From Podarcis melisellensis (Eukaryota): a stretch of 64,000 bases of DNA. Numbering within the stretch: position 1 is the first letter of the stretch; every line of letters starts with the position of its first letter. Position numbers and translations under genes: made by a program. Below the pieces are notes generated by a model. It was not told where the DNA came from. It did not search any database and saw only the letters and a list, made by a program, of their open reading frames with translations. The DNA lies in NCBI GenBank assembly GCA_964234715.1, contig OZ174276.1. The stretch is one strand, 5' to 3'. Shown here piece by piece: positions 1-49,300 of the stretch.

Positions 1-160
1 AAAAGGAGAAACGAACTAAAAGGAAGGCATGTTTGGCAAACCCTCACCGTGATCACACTGTGGAAGGACGTGTGGATACAGTCACTTACAGACTCACTGT
101 TATGACCGTTTTAATGGAAGACAATCTTACTCGGCTATGAGTCATCACCGAAGAAGAAGA
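1..160 (+). mobile_element. 3' end of an RTE-clade LINE (truncated at window edge)
   Basis: Remnant C-terminal peptides KEKRTKRKA..HCGRTCG..SHLQTHC (C2H2-like end of RTE ORF, broken by deletions), short 3' UTR, (GAA)n tail at ~150-160. Confidence 0.65.
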
Positions 161-1276
161 AATGCAAAGCCTTCATACTTAGACTGGAGCCTGGGGAACA
201 CCCTATTTGTAAATTGTAAATGACTACTGGGGAGAGCAGACTGTCCTTAAATGGAGCATTTTGCACAGTGGGTGACAAAAAGCTGGCCTAGGTTGGTTGC
301 CAGTTACTTTATTAGTTCAGTTACACTCATCAGATGAGCAAAATCCAAGGCAGGCAACAAACATTTTACAACTTAACAGTGTTATAAGAATTTAAGGTCT
401 TGAATATATAAATTAAATGTTCATAAATTTACAAGGCAAACACATACATGAGTATATAAACCATATGTCTGAAATAGTATAGGAAAGCAATCCTGAAACC
501 ATTTTGACTCCTAAATTGACCTCAAATGTTTCTCTGCAAGGAGGAAGGAAATGGGAAGGCCTCTCCATTGTCTTTTGCTTACCTGTCTTAAGGCCATATT
601 TGTGTATGAATAGGGTGAGCCTGTGACCAGGATTCAGGCATTAAAGTACTTACCATCACAAAAGAATGAAATAAGAATTCCCTAAACACACATGCATGTT
701 CAGGAAATCATACACAACTTTAGCTGGTGAAAGCTCCTTCCCGCACTGTGAGTGCGGGCTGAGACCTCGTCAGTACAGTAATATGACTTATAACACCCGA
801 AAATAAGAGGGCAGCCCTTCTTGTACCTCAGGTCAACCAAGGCGTGGTAGGTGGCCATTCCACTTTCCCCATCAAGTGTGATGTGCCTTGTGGGGTTGGG
901 GGGAGAGGCTTTAAGGTTCTGTGGGGCGAGTATCGGGGCCTGTGGAATGAGTCCCCTGCAGCGCCCCCTACGGGCAAAAACGAACAACAGGCACCTTGGA
1001 CAAGAGCGCGACGACTGCGGTGCATGCCGGGAGCGGAGGAGTAAATAAATAAGGGCGCGCGCAGGGCACGCTGGGAACTCGAATCAGGGGCGGGGCCGGC
1101 AGGCTGGCCGGCGCGGAGCACGCCGGGATTGGAACGGAGGTTCTGGCGCGGGGCACGTCGGGATCAGGGCGGGCTGGTGTTCGGGGGGCCCAGCGCAAGG
1201 CCGTCGCTCACTCGGTGTCTCCGGCGGCGGCTGTTGGGCTCGGAGGCGCGACGGAGGCTGCTTCTGCCCGGCGGGG

Positions 1277-37279
<36,003 letters not shown>

Positions 37280-38402
37280 GAACTGGTGATTCCAAACACC
37301 CCCCTCTGGAGTCATTTTTTTTGCTCACAGTATAGAAGGGGAGCGCACATACCTGCCTGTGCAGGAGCCAAACGCTTCTCGCTAAGAGATGCCATGGCAT
37401 TCATTACACTCTCCAGCCACCGTCTTCTATGCTGCCTCAATACTAAGGAAACTAAAGGAAGGTCACTATAACATGCAATGTTTCCCACCTAATGAAAGGT
37501 GCTGTGTTCCTTTCCTGTGGCCTTTTGCAAATTTAAATTGTATGGAAACCATGTGGTGTTCCTGCCTATTATGAATAGAACGTGTGAACCTTTTTCATGC
37601 CTAGTTAGTCTTTCCAAGAAGTTAGAAAGAATGATGTGAAGATGGACATTCTCTTGCAGACTTAAGTAGCCAACTCTGAAAGAGTGTGATCACTAGGAGC
37701 CCAGCTGCTGAAGCAGGTCCTCCTGAGTCTGACACAGGCCAAGGAAAGAAAGATGTTCTTCATGCTCCCTTTTTAAGAGTTTGCTATACACTGTAGAATC
37801 GCAGAGAGAAACCACTTTTTCCCTGATGGCTCCAGGATTTAAAAATGTGTATTTAGTGAAAAACTAGGTTTGTAGTGAAACAGTATTTCATGAAAGTAGA
37901 TATTTTTAGAATTTGAAATACCACAACTGTTCCTGGGTTACAAGGAAAGGCACATTTGTGTTTAGTCTTCCTTTCAGTAAAACCTTTCAAGAAATGATTC
38001 TTAGAAATAAATCCAAAATAGCACAATTGACCAGAGGAGAGCTAAAAGAAATTGACTTCCAACACCAGTTTCCACAAATGCAAGGGGGGGAAAGAACTTT
38101 TTATGTTTTGGAGATGTTGTACATCTCTCCCTAAACTGGCAAACCAGGTAATAGTTCACCAGTTGTCAGTTCTAGATTGGGACTTATACTTCCCAGAGCT
38201 AATTTTCAATATCAGCTTTGTCCAGAAATATTTTCAGTAAAATGTTCCTGCTTGATAGAGTTGTATTCAGAATTGTCACCATTGAACTGATGGATTCCAT
38301 TGTTTGACTGTACATTGGGACTATATCTACCTTCTATCCAGCTGTACTGTAGTGCCACCTGCAGGCCTGTTAATATGTTCACGGTTATTTCATTTTTTAA
38401 AA

Positions 38403-38408
38403 AATAAA
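38403..38408 (+). terminator. Probable KDM3B polyadenylation signal
   Basis: AATAAA ~1.1 kb after the stop, with several upstream TGTA elements; another AATAAA at 38006-38011. Confidence 0.6.
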
Positions 38409-39329
38409 AGTCATTTACTGTAGAATCTTCTTTAAACCTACACTGAATCTGTGCAAGAGGAATTGTGGGTGGGGCTAAAGAAGTGCCTTTGCTTCTGAGC
38501 TCCCACTCCTCTCCCATAACTCTAGGAGCTGCATTCATGCATATTTTTCAGAGGCAACTTCCAAGGTTTGCTGTACCGTTTCCCTTCAGTACCTAGTAAT
38601 AATGCCCTTTTTTTCAGGAGGCAGCAAAACTGCAACATGGTTTCAGCAGTGAACCAGTCAAGCAATCCCATGTGTATTTTATTTCTCTTATAGGTATGAT
38701 GTGGTCAAACTTGACCCATGAAACACTCCGGCATAACACAGACTCCACTCCCCAATTCAGAACAGGCTAAACCCTGTAAGAGTTACTATGGGAGAGCAAA
38801 AATGTCATAGCTGTGGTCACTTATAAGAAACCAAGATGTAGCAAACATTGTGTTTTTCCACTTATCTACACCACTCAAACTGGGATAAAGTCTCTGTGTG
38901 TGCTTACTCTCTCAGATATTTATCTGAATTGCAAAGCCCCTTCAAAATGCCTTCAGTTTTCCCTTCACCCACCAGCAAAATGTTCTTCATCCATTTACAG
39001 CTATACCGTAATTTCGTTGGCAATCTCACTTGAAATCTGCCTCATGCAACCAACGTTGGATACCCAGGTTTGGGCAGCTGGAGCATACTTGGGCTTCCAT
39101 ACTTTTGGAGCTGCGTTGGTGCAAGGCCAGAATCAGAGCCATGACATGCAGCTCTGGTCACATCTCTCCACATCTGTTGGGTGACTGAGGGGTAAAATAG
39201 CCACTCCCAGAGATCTATTCCCTCATCTCTGCATGCATACTCCCCAACAATTCTAGTTCAACAGCACTGACCACATAGGACAGCAGTTGAAATTCCTCAC
39301 TATATATTCCAGACTGTCAACATGGTCTC

Positions 39330-39530
39330 ATCATTAGAACTTAAGAGGCCTGCTGAATCAGACCAAAGGCCCGTCTTGCCCTGCATTCTGTGGCCAGCCT
39401 GGCCTATGGGAAGCCCACAAGCAGGGCATGAGCAAAACCACACACTCCAGCTCATGATCCTCAGCAGCTGGTATTCAGACATAACATGTCTGTGATAGCT
39501 GAAGTTAATACCACCATCATAACTACTACC
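39330..39530 (-). mobile_element. CR1 LINE 3' fragment
   Basis: agaacttaagaggcctgctgaatcagaccaaaggccc...cccacaagcagggcatgag...ctggtattcagac. Confidence 0.6.
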
Positions 39531-42279
39531 AATTTGTTTGTCTCATTTGGCCAACATTACTGTACTGGTTTTGGTGGGTGACATGAATGGTACTTCCTTT
39601 TCTGTAGCCTCCAGTAATTCCCTCAGAGCAGGATAATCTTCTCAAGCAGGAGTTGATGCCTTCCAAACTACACATTTTATCATGGCTGCCAAGCATCTAA
39701 GCCTCGGGACAAAAAATGCTAGTGGAAATCACAGCAATGATTTGAATTGCAAACCCATATTTTATTTGTGGTGGTTTCAAGATGTCCTGGATTTTCGCTT
39801 CTCTCATCTGTGCTCCAGTGACTAAGCATTAAAAATATTGCTATGTTGCACTGTATTTCATAGGGTTTTTAATGGGAAATCTCAGCTACTGCTTAGATTC
39901 TGAACAATTAGGAAATAAACTTGAGTGTGTATAGTATTTGTATCCTAAGTCATGCAATTGCTACTACTAAAAACATATAGCAGCAATACTAGAGGAGCAT
40001 GTAACATGCCCTCTCCAAGTTGTAGAAGAAACCAAAGCAATAAAATTAAGATCCCTGACCTTCTTAGCACTATGTTGAATTCCACCTGTTTGGGTGATAG
40101 TCAACCAAAGTTTGCTGACTAGACCTATTAAAATTAATGAATGTTGTTTTATAGTGTGTCTGAACCTTTTGCTGGAGTTGTAATATTTATTTATGAATAT
40201 GTGTTTAGCCTTAACCTTATGCCCCAAGAAGTTCACATGCAAAAGGAATAAAGAAAGATTGATTAACTTGAATATATGTGGCAAAATATATGGATGCGGC
40301 TTAAGAAAGCAGGTACAAATACAAGCTGGTTGCAAATTGTACAACACAAACATACCTTGGTCTAAAGAGCAAAGAAAGATCCCGATCAAAAGCTCAGAGA
40401 GAAATTAAGTGTGACATTTGTCACAGTACCCACACTAAAGCAAAGAAAGGGAGGGAGAATGGTGTCCTGAAGCAAAGCATAGTGTCAGGCTGGTCCTTGA
40501 GATTAGTGTGAAAAGGGGTCCATGAAAGCAAACCAGTCACTGAACATCTGGAGTTTTGGTATTATTCTGAGCCAATGCTAGGCTATGGAGAGGGGAGGGG
40601 GTCTTTGGGATTAGTGATTTGTCATAACACCTATATTCCATTGTTACATTATTTCCTATTAAGTTCCTGTCTGTTCCTCATTTTGTTTATTTTGCTCATT
40701 TGGTACTGAGAAATTACCATATTTGTTTCCAGTCTTAAGGTTTTCTTAAAGTGAAACCCATTCTTTTTACAGGAGATGTTAAAAGTTTGCTGGTAACACC
40801 AGATTACTGTGCTGAACTTTATGTAAAGTATTAGGAGCCCAGGAACATATTTATGGGACATATTTGAGACAGTAACTGGACCAGGGTCAAGGAAGTTCAT
40901 TTAGGAGTATATTTTATATAAACTTTATGCCAACTATTCCAGTGCCATGATCTAAAAAGTTCAGACTGGCACACACCATTACAACATAACTTAGTCATGT
41001 TCATTAATTCAGTGGGTCTACTCTGAGTAAAACTTAGTTGAATAGCACCCTTTGTCCTCTTTCATTGTTCTTCCTAGATGTGCTGGCCAGCAATTACAAT
41101 TTTTTTGCTGAATAATCCATTCAGGAGGCATTAAGCAGGCCAGCCATGGGTAACTGTTAATCATTTCATCATGGGAGCACATCAAAATACTGTGGCTTTC
41201 AGTTCTCCTTTCACATCCCCATTCTTGTGCAGTGAAATGCTTTAGCCAGCCAACTGGCTGTTGAAATGCTTTGAAGGTTTCAGTGAACTTTCCCTTTTTG
41301 GCCTTTGGATAGGCACTTTCCAGCTCTTCCTTTCCTCCTTTCTTATGGCTTATTCAGCCACTGGGGAGCCAGCTAAAAGTAGTAAAGGTTTCAGTATCAT
41401 TTTTTAGTACATGGCAAAACAGAGTGATTGACTGACCAAGATATATCAGACACAACCTTACACCTGAGGTTGTGGTAGAACATTTGAAAAGCGCAGACTC
41501 CAGTGAGCCTTTTCCTTTTTTACGCTTTCACCAATTATCCATTAAATATATATGCTAAAAACATTTCAAGAAGAATGGCAAGGCCACTGAGAACGCATGT
41601 ACATTTTAACTTTCTTGGATGTCAGAAAATTGTAAAACAAAAGAAAACAAAATAGGGTTATCTTTTAAACTGGTATCTTATTCGTTGTAGTGCTTTGTTT
41701 ATTAAGGGGGTTTAAAAAAGACTCACTAGAACAGTGGGGTGTGTCTTAAATACTGGAAACGGAAGAACAAGCCAGTTTAAGATAATTTGATTTAATTACA
41801 TGATCTAACAAACTACAAGAGGTATTCGATCTCAATTCTGATGGAAACGCTGAGGGGATTGGGTGAGAAAGATGGAGTTTTGCTTGCTTTCTGGAAGGAA
41901 GCGGGGGTGCAAAAACACCTTGAGTGCCCCTTTCCAGGGCCTTTGGGGAGAGGGCCACCTGATAAGCATGGGGTAGCTGCTGCCTGAGACACCGATGAGA
42001 GCTGTTGGCAGAGGCCCAGACTGGTGTTTCCTCCGCATTCTCAGCCCGGTCCTGAACAAAACCCCAAGGATTTTAGGGATTCGCGATGGATAACTCCGTC
42101 AAATCGAACAGCACCTGCAAAAGAGCCCCCCGCCCACACCAATATCCATTGCCTACTTCTATGGCGGGGGGAGCCTTTCGGTTATTTCCCGGCCTTGCCC
42201 TTTAACGGTTTATTATAACAAACCTGGAGGCTCTTCTTGCACACGAATATTTGAAATACGCAACTGGCTGGCTGGGGCC

Positions 42280-43340
42280 TGAGGCTGCCTATTCCAGTTG
42301 CGGCGTTGCAAACCAAGCAGGCGGGCTGCCACCTGAACCCCGTTTCCCCGAGAGTAAGCCGCACTGAACTCAACAGGACTTACTTCTGAGGAGGCGTGGC
42401 AAGGACTGCGCTGCAAGCCCTCTAAAGCGCTGGTCCAGAGACGAGCGCTATTGCGGGGCTGGCTCAGCCTTCTAGGGCGGGGAGCGTGTCGCTTGACGCG
42501 GGGCCTGGCGGAGGCGCCGGACCTGCTGCTCTGCCACGGAGAGATGACGCGAAGGCCCAGCAGCAGCAGCAGCAACCGCCGCACTGACGACGAGCCCACC
42601 GCCATGCGCCCGCTGCTCTTTTTCCCTCCGACAGGCGCCGCTGGCTCCTCCCCTTTAAGGAGCCGGGGCGGGGCCGCGCTTGCTGCAGGAACCTGCCCTT
42701 TAACAGCGCTCTCTCCTTTCCTCGCTGGTGCCGCTGCCGAAAGCCAGCTCGCCAGTCCCCGCCGGCCCCCGGAGGAGCCTCGGCCTCGCCATGGTGTCCT
42801 GGATCATCTCCCGGCTGGTGGTGTAAGCGCGCGGCGGCGGCAGGAGGAGGGGGACGACGACGACGACGGGGAGGCCCTCCTCGCCCGTTGCTAGGCAACG
42901 GGAAGAAGATGGGGACGGGGGTCGTCTGGACGGGCGGCTCTCCGGAATCCCACCCCGCCCGGTGGTGCCCGCTGCGCCCAGCCCTTTTCTCGGCTCCTCC
43001 ACTCCTCTGGCTCTCGGGGGCTCCTGAGGTGGACGCCCCCCCCCGCCCCCTGCTGCCACCCCGCCCAGTTCAGCCCTGACCCTGACAGGTGACAAGAGCG
43101 AGCCCAGGGGCGTCGCCTGGACACCGCGGGGCTCCCCCCCCCCCGCTTATTAAGCTGCTGTCCGTTTAACGGCCTCTGGGCGCCACCACCTGAGGGCTGC
43201 AGGTAGGGCGCCCAGCGCCTCTGACGCTCTGCCAGCCTTGCAGCGGCTGCGCTAGGCCTTCTCTGCGCTGGCAGCGGAAGGGGGGAAGAGGGTGGATGGG
43301 CGGGCTAGCAGGGACCGGGGCTTCTCCGGCCTGGAGCCGA
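42280..43340 (+). promoter_or_regulatory. CpG island promoter of REEP2
   Basis: High GC/CpG; GC box 42665-42674; three TGACG (CRE half-site) motifs at 42494, 42545 and 42585; overlaps exon 1. Confidence 0.85.
42791..42822 (+). CDS. REEP2: REEP2 coding exon 1
   Basis: [10 protein letters not shown](V); Kozak GCCATGG; donor gtaagc. Confidence 0.95.
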
Positions 43341-46300
43341 CTCTAAGCTGAATGAATAATCTCATGAGGTTTTTCTTCTTCCTTTCTCTTTTCTGTTTAA
43401 ATAATAATAACAACAACCTCTTGTTCCAGGCTGGTTTTCGGCACCTTGTACCCAGCATACTCCTCTTACAAAGCTGTGAAGACGAAAAATGTGAAGGAAT
43501 ATGTAAGTGTGAGGCAATTAACCATACGCTTGGTTTAACATCAACCCTTACTGTTCCCGGTGGTGTGAAGATACTAGCGACATAGCTTGTTCAAGCAGGA
43601 AATTGGAATTGTACTGCAAAACGATGCTACAGTCCATGTCACCCTGTTACACAACACTGAATAGTTCATCTCTGAGCATTTTCTTCCTTATTTGAGTAAA
43701 TAATGGTGGAATAGAGCTGAAATACCCATTGTGCTCAGTTTCGGTTTTAAAATTACATTATAGACCCATTTAAGCACCAAGTGACAGAAACTTCAAATGT
43801 GAAAATTCCTGAGGTGTCTTCACAATTGACTTAAATACTTTTTTTAGCACCTACATATCCGTGATGTCACTTCACCACAGCTCCAACTAATTTGCATTAC
43901 CTCTTTGCTTTATTCTGCAGTAAAGGTTATAGCTAGTACAGCCCACTTGCCTAGTCTGTGGCATGTGCTTCATAAATGGCAAAATCCACTTTCTGCATGG
44001 CTTTTAGTCAATTTAAACCAGATGGTTGCACATTTTTGCACATTACAAACTATGCTTCTATCACTTGCGTGTTTGCACAAAGTGTGAAAAGTGTCATTTT
44101 AGTGTCATTTGTGAAAATGCAAGTGTTTCTTATTCCCACTTTCTATTTGCTGCAGTTTCCCTGACATTGCTATCTAGAATACTGTGGCATTTTCAAGAGT
44201 AATACTAAGGATTCTTCTTAGTATGGGATGTGCTTCTTCGGAAAGTTGTTATAAAACTGAAAGCAGCAAAGAGGCATTTTAAATCTAGAATGGATTATTT
44301 GTTTTTAAAACGTAGGCCCTTCCTTTTAAAATCTTTACCCATTACTTGTGAAAATCCTACCATAATGAATTTAGGATACAGTGCAGCTCAAGCAAAATGA
44401 TGTACGTATGTATAGTTGTTAAATGGGCAAGATATATATAGTTGAAAATAATTCAAGAGGGAGTGAATTTAGTCCAAGGGGCAATGCTGCTTCATTTACT
44501 TATTTACCACATTTTGTTGCTCTGTGATTCAATTATGAAATGAAGAAAATTTCTTTTTTAACTTCTATGACTTTGTTACTAAAGTTCAGTTGTGGGGAAA
44601 TTAACATACTGATTGCATTTGAAAATGCATACTAGGAATGCTTCTGAAGCAGTTTAAGAAAGAAAACCCCTCTTTGGTTTGTGTTCTAGTTTTGCAGAAT
44701 ATTTGAGTTAGATGGCTTTTTTAAGCATTAGACAAATTCCTGAAGGAAAATAAATCGGTGGCTATTAGCAAATGCACTGTGGTGGGGGCCGAGCGGTCTT
44801 CAGCCCCCCCAGTTTTTCAAGAAGGGGGCTGGGCTCCCCCCAAATCCAGTGGCCTGCTGTGCCACCTCCACCCCACCTATGTCGTGAAACCCTGCTGATG
44901 TCATGTGGGGATGAGGAGGATGAGCGGGGAGCCTGGCGGCCCCACTCTACCTCCTCCTCCCTGACCAATGTTGTGCAGGGAAGAGGAGGCCAACCACGTT
45001 CCCCATTCCCCACCCGGCACACAAGCGACGGCATCACAGTGGGCGGGACACGTCACATGCCATGTAACATGATGCCTCACACGATGCACCTCCGCAATGT
45101 GGGGGGCAAGTGAGTGCCCTTGGCTGCTAGCCATGATAACTAAATGGAACATTCATGTGTCTGAATATCAGTTGCTTGGAATCAAATGACATAGAAGGAC
45201 TATTGCCTTCATGCGCTGTTTGTGGGCCTTCAAGTAGCACCTGGCAGAACATTGTTAGAAATGGGGTACTAGACTAGAATGGAGACTGTCAGATCCAGCA
45301 ACTTATGTTTGCTCCACTACTTTGGCAAAAAAGGGAGGTTTAACATAAGCCTTCTGTTTCAGAGATCCATGGTGAGATTCTTCAGCAGAGATCTCACTAT
45401 TGATTGTTTTAATGTAGCAGATATTACAGAATCCCATAGTGAGCATAGCATATAGGCTTTGTAACCTTTCTCTACTTCTTACAGCCCCTTGCCTGCCTGC
45501 CTCCAGGGAGTGTGCCAAGTAAGCGCCGGCCAAACAGTCATTCAGCAAGAGGGCCTGGGACACGGCAGCAAGGCCAGCTTGGGCTCTGGGGCCCAGAAAC
45601 CCCAGCGGGGCTTTTATTAGTTAGGGAGGGCAAAAGTTGAACATACATGTGGTAGGCCTCACTCCTCCAAGATTTCTTCCCACATTCATGGATTGCAGAT
45701 GTATCCAAAATAACTGGAGGTGTGAAAGGTACAACTGGCTCTGCCCTAACTATGATACCCAATTTGGAATGGATGTGAGTAGTTTTTTTTCTGTGAAGTG
45801 TTCAGTGAACGGATCACAGTGAAATAGTTGAGTGGTCCTCTTCCACGTTTAAGGCCAAACATTGATCACTACAAGAGTTTCATTGGACAACTGAGTAGAT
45901 TCAATGGTGGCAGAAAAGTCTGACTTATTTGCTGCCATCACCACCAGGGTGATGAAAGTGAGCTCTAGCCTGTGTGATCACATTTATCATGAGTCTCCCG
46001 CTATTGTCATTCCAGTTGTTGCCCATGTTGTTTCATTGCCTTAAGTTTCCCAGACCCATTAGGGAGAAAATTTGGCTCTCTGCTGCGTTCCATGATTCAT
46101 GCACAGTGATGACCTGCAAATACAAGTTCAGGGATTCGAACAGCCTTGGTCCCAAATAAATAATTTTTGTTGTAACTATTATTATAAGTTGGCAGCCCTT
46201 CCTCAACCGCTACTAAATCCCAGTCTCCCTTGCTCATCCCTGTTCAAGGTTGCATGGTCAGTTATTGAGGGGCTACACGGAGAGCAAATAATCTTGACCA

Positions 46301-49300
46301 TTGTCCTGCATGAGTTGTATGTACAGTACCCTAAAATACCCCATCACTTCTGTGTAGCTGTGCACTGAAAAGCAAGCTGTTTTTTTACTTTTTTACTTGT
46401 TAACAGCAAGCAAGCTGTTTTTTTACTTTGTCTGCCATTACTGATCATTTTGTTGAGGAACCCCTGATAATATGAGGAATGCTGAGGAACACAATTCGAA
46501 GGAAAGTACTTTAAAATAGCAGCTATACTTGGATTTGGTGTCTCTGGCATTAGTTGGTATTAGCTGAAAATACATGTTAGTGTCAGTGGGAAGAGGCTGT
46601 TTGGATATCCTCAAGCTTTAGTAAGAATAAAATAAGAGCATCAAAAAATATTTTTCAAAAGATTAGTAATAGGGATGCCAAATGTCTGGGCTTTCCTGGA
46701 CACATCTGGGAATTGCTCAGAAAAATGGCATCCAGGCATATTTTTGATAAATTGGCAAAATGTTGGGGAAAACCTGGATGTATGGTAAAGTTGGGCTGTT
46801 TTTATTTTTTAAAATGTTCCTATAAAAGGCTCAACAACTCCATCTGGATTTTCACTTTGGGGAATATGGCATGGGCAACCCTAATTAATAAAGGGTAGAC
46901 GGTATGAAATCTAAAAAACAAATATTGTTCATAACCATAATACAGAGTGAAGTGGCTAAAAATGGACACTTTCAGATTTCATCGTAGTATAGAAGTGTGA
47001 GTCACCCAGGTATTTGGAAGGAATTGCAAGTTCAAAGCTACTGTTTAAGAACAAGCTGCTTTTCAGGAGCTTCTTCTAGCCATATGTTGAAAGCCAACAC
47101 CAATTTCAGTGGCAATATTTTTTTACATAATGCCTTGTAGTTAAGGAACAGCAGGGGGAGCCAGCTTCTCTTTCTAGTGTGGAACAGGCTCGTTAAATTG
47201 TTCAGACAGATGAGGGCATAACCTTGGCTGCCAAAATATTCGTAATAGTATTAAACTTTACTGTAGCAAAATTGACATGCTGTTCTAAAGGTCAACTCCT
47301 CCTTTTTGGTGTGGGGATACATAACTATTATCCTTGTAATCTGCTTTGATATTGGTAGTCCATCTTATAATTAGGTTGTTCTGGTCACCCCCAACTTTTT
47401 TTTGCTGAGAATTGTTGATTTGTGGGTAGCAACATTATTTACTCATAAAATGTATCTCTCAGTTTCCTGTGTTGTCTCTCATCCTGGAAATGGTTAAGAC
47501 TTCCTAGTGAAGATCAGACTTGTGCACAGCACAACCAAAGCAGGAGAACAAGGGATAGGAAAATCAGACATGAAAGACTGGCCAGGTCACACATTGTGGT
47601 AAACTATAGTTAATAATTTACCATGAACATGCCAAGCAGGGCTGTTTTGCTCCTCCTGGTACATTATACAAACCATTATATTTAGATGAGTGTTTAATCA
47701 TGGTTTGTTCTATTCTATTAAACCATGATCAGTAAGCCATGAACAAACCTTAGTTACAAACTGTGGCTTGTTGGAGTTAAACAAAGCACAATGTATGGTT
47801 CAGACACAATGGAAAGCTGGGAGTTGTTGTTTGTTTGTTTGTTTGTTGCTTGCATGAGTCAGGAAGAGTGAAGTAGGAGTAATACAATTCTGCATGATAA
47901 GTCATCACCATAATGTGCAAACAAGGTCTCTATTCTCAAGCACCAGTTGTAAATAGGATGCGCAAGGTTTTAATTCCTTTGTGAGGTTAGCGCAATCTGG
48001 TAAAGAGGGATGGTTGTTCAGAATCTGTTACAACTGCCCAGGTTCCTTGATGGCGTCAGTGCAGATGTTATATGAGAAATGTGCATTACACTGTGAACAG
48101 GACCGTTGAACTATGTATATCTTAGATCTGCACAAATTGTTCACGAAAGTGCAAAAATTCCAGGTCATTTGAATTAACGAGAAGGCTGTACACATGGCCA
48201 AGTAATGATAAGACTTAAGTGTGGTGAAAAGCTATAGGTGTCTGAAAATTATTGGCGGGCAAACCTTAAAGCAGAATTTCTGTTTTTGGAACTTACCTTG
48301 ATGTCTCTGCTACTAGACACTGTTGAAAAGAGAGACCAACTGTTTGAAACCCAGAATTGCTGACATTTGGACATGGGTATAATTATAATGAACTGCTTCA
48401 AAATGACAAGATTTGGCATCAGTCAGGAATTTGTTTTAAGTAGGTTGCAGCTTTCAAATGATATGTAATGGTGCTGGCTGTCTTGCAGGTCAAATGGATG
48501 ATGTATTGGATTGTGTTTGCTTTCTTCACCACAGCAGAGACACTCACAGACATCATTCTCTCTTGGTAAGTACCCTGCCACACTTAGGAAGTAAGCGGGG
48601 GGGACTACTGCATACTTCAATTCTTTTTCAGTTATCCATCTAGAATTGGTTGCTGTGAGGCAATTTGGTAAGATATTCAGCTTCCCTGTAGTTATCCTGT
48701 TCTTGAGAAAAACAAACATAGTGTTGTTCAGGTTTATTATTTGAATGTTCTGTAGTAAACCATATACACAATGACTGAAAGTTGTGTTGTTGGCAAAAAT
48801 GTGTAGTTGTTTTGCTTGCCCTCCCAACCTAGAAAAAAAAGATATAGGGTCTTCTAGAGCAGGGGTCAGCAACCTAAGGCCCATGGGCTGGTAGCAGCCC
48901 ACGAGGCTTGTCTAACCAGCCCATGGCGACCCCTGCCGCCCTCCGCCTTACCAGCGTGGTGCGGCGCAGGGACCGACTTCTGGGTTGATGGCGCATGCGC
49001 ATGGGTGCTCCTCCGACCTGGATGTGCACCGGAAATAGCGTGTGCGCACTCGTGTGGGATGGAGAAGTGCCTGTGTGCATGCACACACACTATTTCTGGC
49101 GCACTTCCGGGTCGGGAGAGCACCGGAAATAGCGTGTGTGCACAGGCACTCCTCTGACCCGGAAGAGCGTGCGTGCACACATGCTCCGGCCCATCCTCTG
49201 ATTAAGGTTGCCAACCTCTGTTCTAGAGAGCAAAAAATGAATGAAGAATGGGATTCTAGTTTTACAAATCTGATTTGTGGAGTGTGAGGGAGAGAAGCTG

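Noticed and set aside
42213-43124. Minus-strand GC-rich ORFs suggesting a divergent gene
   Set aside because: CpG-island artefacts with low-complexity translations and no downstream exons found.
44765-45115. GC-rich block with 90-113 aa ORFs in REEP2 intron 2
   Set aside because: No protein similarity or credible splice sites; probably a repeat remnant, but I could not define TIRs or TSDs.
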